64,000 bases of DNA from Candidatus Kaiserbacteria bacterium (GCA_963813065.1 CAWEXP010000008.1:9289-73288); one strand, 5' to 3'; positions 47,194 to 56,426 are shown, counted from the stretch's first letter. Program-made: numbers and translations. The notes: generated from the letters alone by a model not told the origin.

Positions 47194-47669
47194 AAAACTT
47201 TTCACGCGGTTCAGTCCTTATCCTCGCACTTGTCTTCGGCGGAATCTTCTTCGCGGTCTTCACCGCGCTCGCGGGCTACCTCCTTTCGATTGATCGCGCA
47301 CAAGATTTCGTCTATCAAAAAGCCGAGGCGCTTTCGACTGCGGAGGCGGGTCTCGCGCTCGAACGTTCGCATCTCGAGAACAATCCGCTCGATACCAGTA
47401 CCCCAAACCCGAGCACGGTGTCTTATCAAAATATTGAGGGTACTACCGTCGGTACCTATACCATCGCGGTCGTGCCGCACACCGAATGCGGTGAGAGCAC
47501 CGCGTTCGATCTTAGCTCGACCGGCATACCGAGCGATGCGCCCTCGATCAGCACGACCATTTCTCTACGCTATGTCGAACCATCGGGCACCTATTCGCTC
47601 GCGCCAGACTGCGTGCCCCTGTCCGCCTCCTCGACCGCGCCGCAATTCTTAGACTGGCAGGAACGATAA
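47190..47669 (+). CDS. pilus minor component-like protein with N-terminal hydrophobic anchor
   Basis: MKNFSRGSVLILALVFGGIFFAVFTALAGYLL. Lies in the same operon with 4-nt overlaps. Confidence 0.5.
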   Translation: MKNFSRGSVLILALVFGGIFFAVFTALAGYLLSIDRAQDFVYQKAEALSTAEAGLALERSHLENNPLDTSTPNPSTVSYQNIEGTTVGTYTIAVVPHTECGESTAFDLSSTGIPSDAPSISTTISLRYVEPSGTYSLAPDCVPLSASSTAPQFLDWQER

Positions 47670-47694
47670 TTGCTTTCCTGGAGGGAAACGGTTT

Positions 47695-48588
47695 TTACTT
47701 CTTACTTTTACTCCACAGGAAGTCGAAATAATTTTGATAATTTGTGGCGAGTTCCTTATTCACAATCTCGACAACGAAATACGGCTCGACGAACGACTGG
47801 ATGCAGATTCGGTCGCCCAGAATCTCGATATTGTTCGTATCGCTCGAGACCAGCGTATTGGTGCGTATCTCGGTAAGACCTTTTGTCCGCTTCGCATAAC
47901 TTTGTATGGCAGGGAAGTGCTCTTTGGCAATACCGCGCGCTTTAACTTTCTTCGCTTTTTGTATAGCGATAACCTCGTTCTCGACCGAGGGGCCCGCGAT
48001 GGTATGCCAGTGTGGGGAAGTCCCGAGGTAGCGGAGCGTGTCACCTGGTTTCGCAAGACTATAGGAACGCGCGACATGCCTGCGGAACTCGTCGATACCC
48101 TCGTAAACGATAATCTCTTGGTCATTCGTGTGCCGCGAAAGCAAACGAAGCTCATCAATAGCGAGTTTCGCGGCGCGCTCCCGCTCTTGTGCATCGGCGA
48201 GGAGTCGCGCAGGCGGAAGCATCTTGTAGAGCGCGACTCCCTTCACACGCGAGAGCGCGACGAGCCCTTTCTCTCGCAATTCCTCGAGTGCGGTATACAC
48301 AATGTTGCGATGCAAACCCGTTTTCTTGATCAGCTCGCCCGCCTTTGCTTCGCCCATCTTCGCCAGAGCTAGATAAGTCGTCGACTGATTCTCGGTGAGC
48401 CCGACATTCTTCAAGTGGTCGAAAATAGCTGTCATAGCGAGGGTGATGGGGAAGTAAATCGGCTCGTAATTACTCACACATTCTGTCATCTCCCAGTATA
48501 TATCATCATAAAAGTGTTGACAATCATCTCTGTGGCGCGCAAGGTAGGTACAGACACTCTTTGAAAGGAGATAGGAATGCCTGAACAA
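47695..48588 (-). CDS. TrmB-like wHTH transcriptional regulator, paralog family B
   Basis: TTYLALAKMGEAKAGELIKKTGLHRNIVYTALEELREKGLV HTH. C-terminal YQNYFDFLW matches the other family B members. Confidence 0.7.
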   Translation of the reverse strand: MFRHSYLLSKSVCTYLARHRDDCQHFYDDIYWEMTECVSNYEPIYFPITLAMTAIFDHLKNVGLTENQSTTYLALAKMGEAKAGELIKKTGLHRNIVYTALEELREKGLVALSRVKGVALYKMLPPARLLADAQERERAAKLAIDELRLLSRHTNDQEIIVYEGIDEFRRHVARSYSLAKPGDTLRYLGTSPHWHTIAGPSVENEVIAIQKAKKVKARGIAKEHFPAIQSYAKRTKGLTEIRTNTLVSSDTNNIEILGDRICIQSFVEPYFVVEIVNKELATNYQNYFDFLWSKSKK

Positions 48589-48996
48589 ACGAAAAATCCT
48601 GCTACCTGGAAGGATTGGGGTATCGGTATCACCATACTGATGGTTCTATGGCTTGCCGGCATTGGTGGTATTGCCAGTGACGATGGACCCGGTGCGTTCG
48701 GCGGGGGAGTATTCCTTACTGCCGCTGTCGTAGGTACATTCGGCTACTGGATTGCTGATCCGTTTATAAAATGGACGTTCAAACACTTGGTTCTTGCGGC
48801 TATTCTTAGTGCTCTTGCCTTCGTCTCGGCAGTCATCGCTCTTGCACTCTGGCTGACTAGCCCAATTGCAAACGCAATTGCCGGTACTCTGATCATACTC
48901 GCAATTGCGTCAGCATCGATCGTTGGTCTCTGTCGCACCGTTCTCTATTTCAAACGTCTGGACGAACAAACCAGTGACAAGAACACTGAAACATAG
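48577..48996 (+). CDS. hypothetical polytopic membrane protein (139 aa)
   Basis: Three or four TM helices. Terminator downstream. Confidence 0.45.
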   Translation: MPEQTKNPATWKDWGIGITILMVLWLAGIGGIASDDGPGAFGGGVFLTAAVVGTFGYWIADPFIKWTFKHLVLAAILSALAFVSAVIALALWLTSPIANAIAGTLIILAIASASIVGLCRTVLYFKRLDEQTSDKNTET

Positions 48997-49001
48997 TCTC
49001 C

Positions 49002-49031
49002 CGCGCGCCTTCCGAGGCGCGCGATTTCTTT
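49002..49031 (+). terminator. Rho-independent terminator
   Basis: cgcgcgcc-ttccga-ggcgcgcg stem followed by ATTTCTTT. Confidence 0.55.
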
Positions 49032-49032
49032 G

Positions 49033-49071
49033 CCCGGTACCAAATACATTTGGTACCGGGTTTGGTAGAAT
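49033..49071 (+). promoter_or_regulatory. 28-bp palindromic operator-like site overlapping the leaderless tpiA promoter (-10 TAGAAT at 49066..49071)
   Basis: cccggtaccaaat-ac-atttggtaccggg has perfect 13-bp arms. The -10 hexamer sits 6 nt before the tpiA ATG. Confidence 0.5.
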
Positions 49072-49077
49072 AGAGAC

Positions 49078-49836
49078 ATGTTGATTGTTGCCAACTGGAA
49101 GGCGTATGTCGAAGATCTCGCGCGGGCGAAGAAGCTCGCGGTACTCGCAAAGCGCCTCGCCGGAACAACCAAGCACGATCTTGTGCTCGCGCCGACGGCG
49201 CCTTTTCTCGCACTTCTTGCCGCACGCAATCGTTCGAGTGTTGCCTTCGCGGCACAAGATATTTCAGCAACGGTCGGAGGTGCCGCGACTGGCGAGATAT
49301 CGGCGCGGGCCTGCGCGGGGGCAGGTGCGACCTACGTCCTCATCGGCCACTCTGAACGCCGTGCCGCAGGCCTGCCCGGCCAGGGCGACACCGACGCCAT
49401 CGTCGCCGAGAAACTGCGCCGCGCGCTCGCGCAGGGGCTCGTGCCTATCCTCTGCGTCGGAGAGCGAGAACGCGACACCGAGGGCCACTATCTCGCCTTC
49501 GTCCGCGCGCAGATGACCTCGGCGCTCGACGCCGTGGAGCCCAACGAGCGCGCGAACGTTATTCTCGCCTACGAGCCGATCTGGGCAATCGGGAAGTCCG
49601 CGGCCGACGCGCTCCCACCGAATGATCTCGCTGAAATGGTGCTCTATTTGCGTAAAGTGCTCGCCGAACTTTTGCCCGGCAAGTCTTCGTCGCGTTCGAA
49701 GGTGTTGTATGGCGGCTCGGTCGAACCCGAAGGGATTCGTGCACTCGCCGGCGGCACCGGCGTTGACGGGTTCCTCGTCGGCCACGCCTCGGTCGAACCG
49801 AAAATGTTCGCGGGGCTCATTCGCGCGTTGGCCTGA
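49078..49836 (+). CDS. tpiA: triosephosphate isomerase
   Basis: IVANWKAY, LIGHSERR, and YEPIWAIGKS active-site motifs. Confidence 0.9.
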   Translation: MLIVANWKAYVEDLARAKKLAVLAKRLAGTTKHDLVLAPTAPFLALLAARNRSSVAFAAQDISATVGGAATGEISARACAGAGATYVLIGHSERRAAGLPGQGDTDAIVAEKLRRALAQGLVPILCVGERERDTEGHYLAFVRAQMTSALDAVEPNERANVILAYEPIWAIGKSAADALPPNDLAEMVLYLRKVLAELLPGKSSSRSKVLYGGSVEPEGIRALAGGTGVDGFLVGHASVEPKMFAGLIRALA

Positions 49837-49955
49837 AGAGAATCAGTATTCGTTTTTGAGGGCTCCGGAGGCGGGCAGCCGAGGCCGAGCAAATTCGCCA
49901 GCAGGCGAATTATGCGTACCTCAAAAATGAATGGTGATTCTCGTAATCCGCTATA

Positions 49956-51080
49956 ATGATTCAAATGAAAAGCGTCCGCGAGATTCCTGTTTTTAAAAAC
50001 ATTCCCATCCTGGTGCGCGCGGCGCTCAATGCGCCGGTGGCGAACGGGGTCGTCGTCGGCGAGAGTTTCCGCCTCCAGCGAGCGGTGCCGACACTGCGAT
50101 TTTTACAAGAGCGCGGTGCGCGCATCATCGCGATAAGCCATATTGATCCGCCCGGCACGACCGAGGTCGGCATGACGGCCGCAACACTCGAGCCAGTCGC
50201 GAAGAAGCTGGGCGAACTCTTGCCGCAGGTTTCTTTTTTCCCCGAAACCATCGGCCCTACCGTGCGCGAACGAATCCGCCAGATGGCGCCGGGCGACATT
50301 CTCGTCCTCGAAAATTTGCGCCGCAATCGCGGCGAGGTGATGAACGATCCCGCCTTCGCGCGCGAGCTCGCGGCGCTCGCGGATGTGTTTGTCGAGGATT
50401 CTTTTGACACCTGCCACCGCGTGCACGCATCCATTGTCGGCGTGCCGCCGCTCCTGCCGAGTTATGCCGGTCTCACCCTGCTCGAAGAAGTTGCGGCGCT
50501 CACCGCGGCGCTCAAACCGAAATCTCCCTCGCTCGCAGTTATTGGTGGCGCGAAGTTCTCGACCAAGGAGGCAGTCATTGAGACCCTGCTCGAGCATTAC
50601 ACGCACGTCTTCATCGGTGGCGCACTCGCGAATGACTTCTTGAAAGCGTCGGGTCACCCGGTGGGGAAGTCGCTCGTCTCCCTGGCCGGGCAGGCGGGTG
50701 CTGATCCAGAAGAGATTAAAAAATTGCTTGGTAACCCCAAGCTCATTCTGCCTATCGACTGGGTGACGAAAGATGATTCGATTCTCGACGGCGGCGCGGG
50801 TACCAGCGCAATCCTCGCCGACCTCGCGCAGAAATCGAAATCAATTCTCTGGAATGGTCCACTGGGAAATTATGAAAACGGTTTCACCGCCGCCACCGAC
50901 TCCTTCGCGCGCGCGGTTGCGAGCTCAAGGGCGCACTCGGTCGTCGGTGGCGGCGACACCATCGCTTCAATTCAAAGTTTGAATCTACTCTCGCAATTCT
51001 CCTTCGTCTCCACGGGCGGTGGCGCGATGCTCGAATTTTTGGCAAAGGGGAATCTGCCGGGCATCAAGGTGCTCAGCTAA
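49956..51080 (+). CDS. pgk: phosphoglycerate kinase
   Basis: N-terminal RADLNAP-type motif region, VIGGAKFSTK, and VVGGGDTIASI. Confidence 0.9.
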   Translation: MIQMKSVREIPVFKNIPILVRAALNAPVANGVVVGESFRLQRAVPTLRFLQERGARIIAISHIDPPGTTEVGMTAATLEPVAKKLGELLPQVSFFPETIGPTVRERIRQMAPGDILVLENLRRNRGEVMNDPAFARELAALADVFVEDSFDTCHRVHASIVGVPPLLPSYAGLTLLEEVAALTAALKPKSPSLAVIGGAKFSTKEAVIETLLEHYTHVFIGGALANDFLKASGHPVGKSLVSLAGQAGADPEEIKKLLGNPKLILPIDWVTKDDSILDGGAGTSAILADLAQKSKSILWNGPLGNYENGFTAATDSFARAVASSRAHSVVGGGDTIASIQSLNLLSQFSFVSTGGGAMLEFLAKGNLPGIKVLS

Positions 51081-51340
51081 GTTCCGTACAAATTGTGGTG
51101 CGTATCAATATCCGTCAACAGGATAGTGTTCTCGCCGAATCTTTCGTAAATCAAACGCCAATCGCCGGTGATATTTATACTGCGCTCATTCTGTCGGCTT
51201 CCTGAAAGCGCGTGGTCGTTCAGAAGAGGGTGCCGCGAATTCTTCAAGAAAAGCTCGAGACGGTCAGCCATCGCATTGCGAATATGCGGAGAAAGTTTGG
51301 CGAACTTTTTCGAAAAATGCGGGCGGCGAGCAACGCGCAT
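51077..51340 (-). CDS. RelE/YafQ-family type II toxin
   Basis: GDWRLIYE...DTHHNLY resembles the YafQ/RelE C-terminal catalytic region. Overlaps the pgk stop by 4 nt, convergent orientation. Confidence 0.65.
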   Translation of the reverse strand: MRVARRPHFSKKFAKLSPHIRNAMADRLELFLKNSRHPLLNDHALSGSRQNERSINITGDWRLIYERFGENTILLTDIDTHHNLYGT

Positions 51341-51342
51341 AG

Positions 51343-51606
51343 TTATGTCCGCAGTTCAGCGATAAAGTCTTCCATGCTTGATACGACGAACCGCTCCGGG
51401 TGTTCTCGGTACTCGCGGCTGGTGCGTTCCCATTCGCGCAATTTCTCGGGACGGGGAGTGAGCGAAACCTCAAAACGACCGTCGGTGACGAACTGCGCGA
51501 GCTGGGCATTGATAACCGTGGTGAGCGGAATGCCGAGCTTTTTCGCCGTATTTTTTGCCGCATCGCGGAGCTTCTTATTGGTCTTAAAGGTCAGGGTTGT
51601 TTCCAT
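51343..51606 (-). CDS. RelB/DinJ-family antitoxin
   Basis: 87-aa protein encoded 2 nt upstream of the toxin gene. Ribbon-helix-helix-like N-terminus (TFKTNKKLRDAAKNTAKKLGIPLTTVINAQLAQF). Confidence 0.6.
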   Translation of the reverse strand: METTLTFKTNKKLRDAAKNTAKKLGIPLTTVINAQLAQFVTDGRFEVSLTPRPEKLREWERTSREYREHPERFVVSSMEDFIAELRT

Positions 51607-51627
51607 ACCAATATACTACTTTTAGTA

Positions 51628-52044
51628 TTACTTGCCGTCAAGTGCTTTTTTAATATTCTCGAGAATCTTTTCTTTTTCGCCTTCGGCATATGCCACCTTG
51701 GGCCAGAGTTCGAAAGTGCTCCCGTCGCGTCGCGGGATGAGGTGAAAGTGGAGATGGAAAACGTCCTGTCCGGCAGTTGACTCGTGATTCGACTGGATGT
51801 GCATCCCGCTCGCGCCTGCCGCGTCGCGCACGGCAGGCGCAATCTTGCGAACCGTATGCATAGTCTGCATGAGTGTTTCTTCATCAACATCAAAAATGTT
51901 TACGGCATGTTTTTTAGGGATGACGAGCGTATGACCTAACGTGACCGGCGCACGATCCAAGAACGCGAGGGTATGTTCATCCTCGTACACCTTGGCTGCA
52001 GGTACCTCACCTGCGACGATTTTGCAAAAAATGCAGTTCTCCAT
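51628..52044 (-). CDS. HIT-family hydrolase
   Basis: MENCIFCKIVAGEVPAAKVYED... and the histidine triad HLHFHLIP. Start set at Met 52044 (139 aa) rather than the long upstream extension. Confidence 0.8.
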   Translation of the reverse strand: MENCIFCKIVAGEVPAAKVYEDEHTLAFLDRAPVTLGHTLVIPKKHAVNIFDVDEETLMQTMHTVRKIAPAVRDAAGASGMHIQSNHESTAGQDVFHLHFHLIPRRDGSTFELWPKVAYAEGEKEKILENIKKALDGK

Positions 52045-52069
52045 TGCGGATAGTATACAATGCGCGGAC

Positions 52070-53787
52070 ATGTTCCCCCTCCACGATCCGCTCTCTACCA
52101 CGCTCCGCGATGAACTCGCCGGATATGACGACCTCCTCTCGGCACTGCTCGCGCGACGCGGCGTTACTACGAAAGCCGAGGCGGAACTTTTTCTCAATCC
52201 GTCATATGACAACCATTTGCACGATCCGCTCCTGATGACGGATATGCGGAAGGCGGCGGAGCGACTCGCGGCGGCGATTCAGTCGGGCGAACATATCGCC
52301 GCGTGGACCGATTATGACTGCGATGGCATTCCCTCGGCAGTTATCTTGCATGATTTTCTAATCAAGGTCGGAGCGAATTTCGAAATTTACATTCCGCATC
52401 GACACGACGAGGGCTATGGCCTGAACACGAGCGGCATCGAGGCGCTTGCTGGGCGCGAGACGAAATTGATCGTGACCGCCGACTCCGGCATCACCGATGT
52501 CGCGGCAGTTACACGCGCCAACGAGCTCGGGATAGAAGTGATTGTTACCGACCACCATCTTCCGGCCGAGCAGTTGCCGCCCGCGTTCGCGGTGGTGAAT
52601 CCGAATGCACGCGCCGACGAACCGTATCCCTTCAAGGGCCTCTGCGGTGCCGGCGTCGCGTGGAAACTCTGTTGCGCGACACTCGCCGTCTCGCCTGAAT
52701 TGCGTGAAAAAGTTTCGCCGGGGTGGGAGAAATGGCTCCTCGATATGGTCGGCCTCGCCACCATCGCCGATATGGTTCCGCTTACCGGCGAGAATCGCGT
52801 CCTCGCGACCTATGGTCTGCGCGTCCTGCGCAAGTCGCCGCGCATCGGATTGCAGAAACTCTGCCGTGTCATGCGCGTGGAGCAATCGCGATTTACCGAA
52901 GATGATGTCGGTTTCATGCTTGCGCCGCGTGTGAATGCCGCGAGCCGTATGGGCGATGCGCTCGAAGCGTTCAAACTTTTTGTTACTGCTAACGAGGACG
53001 AGGCCGAAGCGCTCGCAAAGAAACTCGACAAAGCCAATCGCGAACGCAAAGCGCAAGCGGGCGCAATCACGCGCGCGGTGCATGCGCGATTGAAAGACCG
53101 CGAGCTCCGTTCCGTCATCGCGCTCGGCGACCCCGAGTGGCGACCAGCGCTCCTCGGCCTCGTCGCCAACACCATTGCTGAAGAATACGAGCGGCCTGTG
53201 TTCCTCTGGGGAAGGGAAGGCTCCGGTGCAATCAAAGGCTCGGTGCGGAGCGGGAGAGTTCACGCACTCGAACTCATGAACGCGACCGTCGACACCTTCT
53301 CACAATTCGGTGGGCATGCGGCGTCGGGCGGATTCACCGTTCGCGACGACGCCGTCTTTTTTCTCGAGGACAAATTGGTTGAAGCCTTCGCGCGCATTGA
53401 GCAAAACCCGGAAGAAAGTCGCTCGCGTCGCACGCCGATGCCGTCATCAATCCTGCAGAGGCAACCTTGGATTTGTTGAAAAAAATAGAACAGCTCGCCC
53501 CCTTCGGTCGTGAGAATCCGAAACCGCTCTTCCTCTTGCGCGATACGACCGTTCATTCGCTCGCCCGTTTCGGCAAAGCGCAGGAACATTTGAAATTGAA
53601 AATCGCGAGTGATGATTCGCGGGGCACCATCGACGCGGTCACTTTTTTTGTGAAAGGAAACATCGCGAAAGTCGCCGCGACGCTCGCGCCGGGCAGTCGC
53701 GCGAATCTCCTCGTGCATCTCGAGCGCGACACATTTTCGAGAGGCTCGCCGGTACGCCTGCGCTTAGTTGACATTAGAATGGCGTGA
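52070..53787 (+). pseudogene. recJ: single-stranded-DNA exonuclease RecJ, reading frame interrupted near 53400..53410 (frameshift at an A/C homopolymer; either a pseudogene or a sequencing indel)
   Basis: DHH domain (DYDCDGIPSAVILHDFL, VTDHH) in frame A ends at TGA 53479. The C-terminal OB domain (LDLLKKIEQLAPFGRENPKPLF) continues in another frame that is open from 53401 to 53787. Confidence 0.55.
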
Positions 53788-53788
53788 C

Positions 53789-53865
53789 CCCGCGAATGGG
53801 CACAGCGTTCAAAGGCAGCGCTGGGCCAAGTCTTACTGCCTTTTCGCACTACGCCCATTCGCGGG
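53789..53865. repeat. nested inverted repeats (outer 13-bp cccgcgaatgggc / gcccattcgcggg; inner aaaggcag / ctgccttt), immediately followed by TATACT -10 and the leaderless rnhA start
   Basis: Read directly from the sequence. Confidence 0.55.
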
Positions 53866-53871
53866 TATACT

Positions 53872-54297
53872 GTGCCGATGCAATTCACGATCCATGCCGA
53901 CGGGGGAGCGCGGGGGAACCCGGGGCCGTCGGGCGCGGGAGCGACGGTGCGTGACGAAAAGGGAAAGCTCGTCGCAACCGTTTCAAAATTTCTCGGGCAT
54001 CAGACCAATAATTTTGCTGAGTACGAAGCGGTGATTCTCGCCTTCGAACAACTTTTAAAAGTGGTGCCAGAGAAAAAGCGCGCCGAGACCGGCGTCTCGG
54101 TGAAGATGGACAGCATGCTCGTCGTGCGCCAGATGGCGGGGGAATGGAAGATAAAGCATCCGTCGATGAAGATCCAGCAAGCGCGACTCGCGCCTCTGGT
54201 CGCGCGTTTCAAATCGGTTTCATTTCAACACGTGTATCGCGAAAACAACGCCGATGCCGACGCCCTCGCCAACGAGGCAATGGATAGGACTGCCTGA
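53872..54297 (+). CDS. rnhA: ribonuclease HI
   Basis: IHADGGARGNPGPSG (DEDD Asp1), TNNFAEYEAV (Glu), MDSMLVVRQM (Asp), HVYRENNADADALAN (His/Asp). ATG 53878 is the likely start. Confidence 0.85.
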   Translation: MPMQFTIHADGGARGNPGPSGAGATVRDEKGKLVATVSKFLGHQTNNFAEYEAVILAFEQLLKVVPEKKRAETGVSVKMDSMLVVRQMAGEWKIKHPSMKIQQARLAPLVARFKSVSFQHVYRENNADADALANEAMDRTA

Positions 54298-54309
54298 TAA
54301 AATAATCGA

Positions 54310-55899
54310 GTGAAATTCCTGCTCGCCATCGTGGGCGGCTTCGCGGCCGGCGTTTTGATGCGTTCGCTGTTCGTGTTCGGCTGGCCGGTGTATGTGTTTG
54401 TGGGCATCCTCTTTGTGTTGTGCGCCGTAGCCACTTTTTTGAAACCCCGCCGAGCGTCTGCGCTCGGCGGGGTGTTCTTTGTATTTCTCACGCTCGGCAT
54501 GTGTCGCGCCGCGCTTGCCGACACACCCTTGCCGAAAAGTTTTGTGCAAGATTTGAAACATCGCGTTTCGTATGAAGGAGTCGTCACGAACGATCCGGAT
54601 CTGCGTGATGCGAATCAGCGCATTGAAATTGCTGTTTCCTATGGTGGCGCGTCAACAAAAGTACTCGCGGTCGTGCCGCGTTCGCCCGAGGTCAGGGTGG
54701 GGGAGCAGGTTGCGGTGTCTGGCACGCTCCTCGTGCCCGAAACATTCTCCGACGACAATGGCCGCACGTTTCGGTACGACAAATATCTCGAGCGCGATGG
54801 TGTCCGTTTCATGCTCGACTTTGGCTCCGTACGGGTGCTCGCGCCAGCACCATGGTATTCGATTCCCGCGCTGTTCGCCCGCATCAAACACCTCTTTCTC
54901 GATGGCCTCGCTCGCGCACTGCCCGAGCCGTATGCCTCCTTGGCTGGTGGCATCGTTATCGGCGGGAAGTCCGGACTGGGAACTGAGTTGCAAAATGCAT
55001 TTGTGAAAAGCGGTCTCGTGCAAATCATCGTGCTCTCGGGCTACAACGTGATGATTGTGGCTGAGTGGGTGATGGCGGGACTCGCGTACGCGCGACTGAA
55101 AAGGAAGTGGTCTGCGCTCGCGGGTACTCTCGCGGTGCTGGTCTTCGTCGGCATCGCGGGCGCCTCGGCGACGGCACTCCGCGCGATGTTGATGGCCTTC
55201 ATCGCGCTCTATGCGCGCGCAACGGGCCGAAGCTACGCCGCCGGTCGCGCGCTCCTCGCTGTCGTGTTCCTGATGCTCCTCTACAATCCGCTCTACCTCG
55301 CCTTCGACCCGGGCTTTGGCCTCTCGGTCGCGGCGACGGCGGGTCTCATCTGGCTCGCGCCACCAATGGAGCGATGGTGGGTGCATTTTTTGAGAGTAGG
55401 CCAAGTGCAGCGACATCCCACCACACCTTTAGGTGCGGCGGGTTTGAGCGAAACGCTCTCAAAAAATGTACCCATCAGCGCGAAAGGTTCGTTCTGGACG
55501 AATGCGGTAGCGACCACCTGTGCCGCGCAAATCGCGGTGCTCCCACTTCTCTTGTATGACACCGGCAACCTCTCGCTCGTAGCGCTCCCCGCTAACCTCC
55601 TCGCGATGCCCTTTGTCCCTGCCGCAATGGCACTCTCGGCCCTGGCGGGCATCGCGGGCATTCTTTTTTCATGCGCACCAATCATCAGCATCGTACTTGG
55701 GATGCCCGCATATCTCGCGACGCTGTATCTCATCGAGCTTGCACAGTGGAGCACCGCGCTTCCATTCGCGGCGTTCACCCTGCCCCCATTTCCTTTTTGG
55801 CTCGTGGTCGCGAGTTATGCGGCACTCATTTGGCTCGCCTCGTCAAAACGTTTCTCGATGACGCTCCAATTAAGATTGGCGAAGAACGCGTCGATATAA
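54310..55899 (+). CDS. comEC: ComEC/Rec2-like DNA uptake channel protein (N-terminal and competence domains only; lacks the MBL domain)
   Basis: Polytopic membrane protein. Competence-domain-like region LVQIIVLSGYNVMIVAEWVM. Its 3' end overlaps sodA convergently by about 85 nt. Confidence 0.55.
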   Translation: MKFLLAIVGGFAAGVLMRSLFVFGWPVYVFVGILFVLCAVATFLKPRRASALGGVFFVFLTLGMCRAALADTPLPKSFVQDLKHRVSYEGVVTNDPDLRDANQRIEIAVSYGGASTKVLAVVPRSPEVRVGEQVAVSGTLLVPETFSDDNGRTFRYDKYLERDGVRFMLDFGSVRVLAPAPWYSIPALFARIKHLFLDGLARALPEPYASLAGGIVIGGKSGLGTELQNAFVKSGLVQIIVLSGYNVMIVAEWVMAGLAYARLKRKWSALAGTLAVLVFVGIAGASATALRAMLMAFIALYARATGRSYAAGRALLAVVFLMLLYNPLYLAFDPGFGLSVAATAGLIWLAPPMERWWVHFLRVGQVQRHPTTPLGAAGLSETLSKNVPISAKGSFWTNAVATTCAAQIAVLPLLLYDTGNLSLVALPANLLAMPFVPAAMALSALAGIAGILFSCAPIISIVLGMPAYLATLYLIELAQWSTALPFAAFTLPPFPFWLVVASYAALIWLASSKRFSMTLQLRLAKNASI

Positions 55900-56426
55900 C
55901 TTTTCTTCTCGGCGGGGACATAGTCCACCATGTACGCATGCTCCCAGAGATCGAGCGCGAGGATAATCGGCAAGCCCGCGAGTTGCCCCAGCTCATGATC
56001 GGCGACGAACGTCGTGTGGAGCATCTTCGCGACCGCGTCGTAATAGACCACCACCCAGCCGATGCCGCGCGTGCTCGCAACTTCTCGGATATGCGCGAGG
56101 AATTTCTCGCCGCTTCCATATTTCTCGGCCGCTGCTTTGGCGAGCGTTGATTCGGGGCTCCCACCCTTCTCTCCCTCGAACTGTGAAAAATAGTGTTCGT
56201 GCATGCGCATACCATCGAATTCGAAGGCGAATCGCCGACGCATCTCGGCAATCGCGTACTTGTCGCCCTCGCTCGCGGCATCGCCGTAGGACGCATAGCC
56301 CTTGAGCGTTTCGGTAATAAGATTCACATTTTTAACGTAGCCCTCGTAGAGCGCCAGATGCACTTTGATCTGTTTCTCCGACAACCCCGAGAGTGCTGGC
56401 AGGTTAAATGTTTTTGGTGTGTACAT
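55815..56426 (-). CDS. sodA: Fe/Mn superoxide dismutase
   Basis: LPALSGLSEKQIKVHL...HH, DLWEHAYMVDY, and the Fe/Mn SOD C-terminal domain. Start at MYTPKTF. Confidence 0.9.
   Translation of the reverse strand: MYTPKTFNLPALSGLSEKQIKVHLALYEGYVKNVNLITETLKGYASYGDAASEGDKYAIAEMRRRFAFEFDGMRMHEHYFSQFEGEKGGSPESTLAKAAAEKYGSGEKFLAHIREVASTRGIGWVVVYYDAVAKMLHTTFVADHELGQLAGLPIILALDLWEHAYMVDYVPAEKKSYIDAFFANLNWSVIEKRFDEASQMSAA

Noticed and set aside
51941-52069. Upstream 43-codon extension of recJ in the ORF track
   Set aside because: It would overlap the HIT gene start on the opposite strand. The RecJ N-terminal consensus begins near MFPLHDPL (52070).
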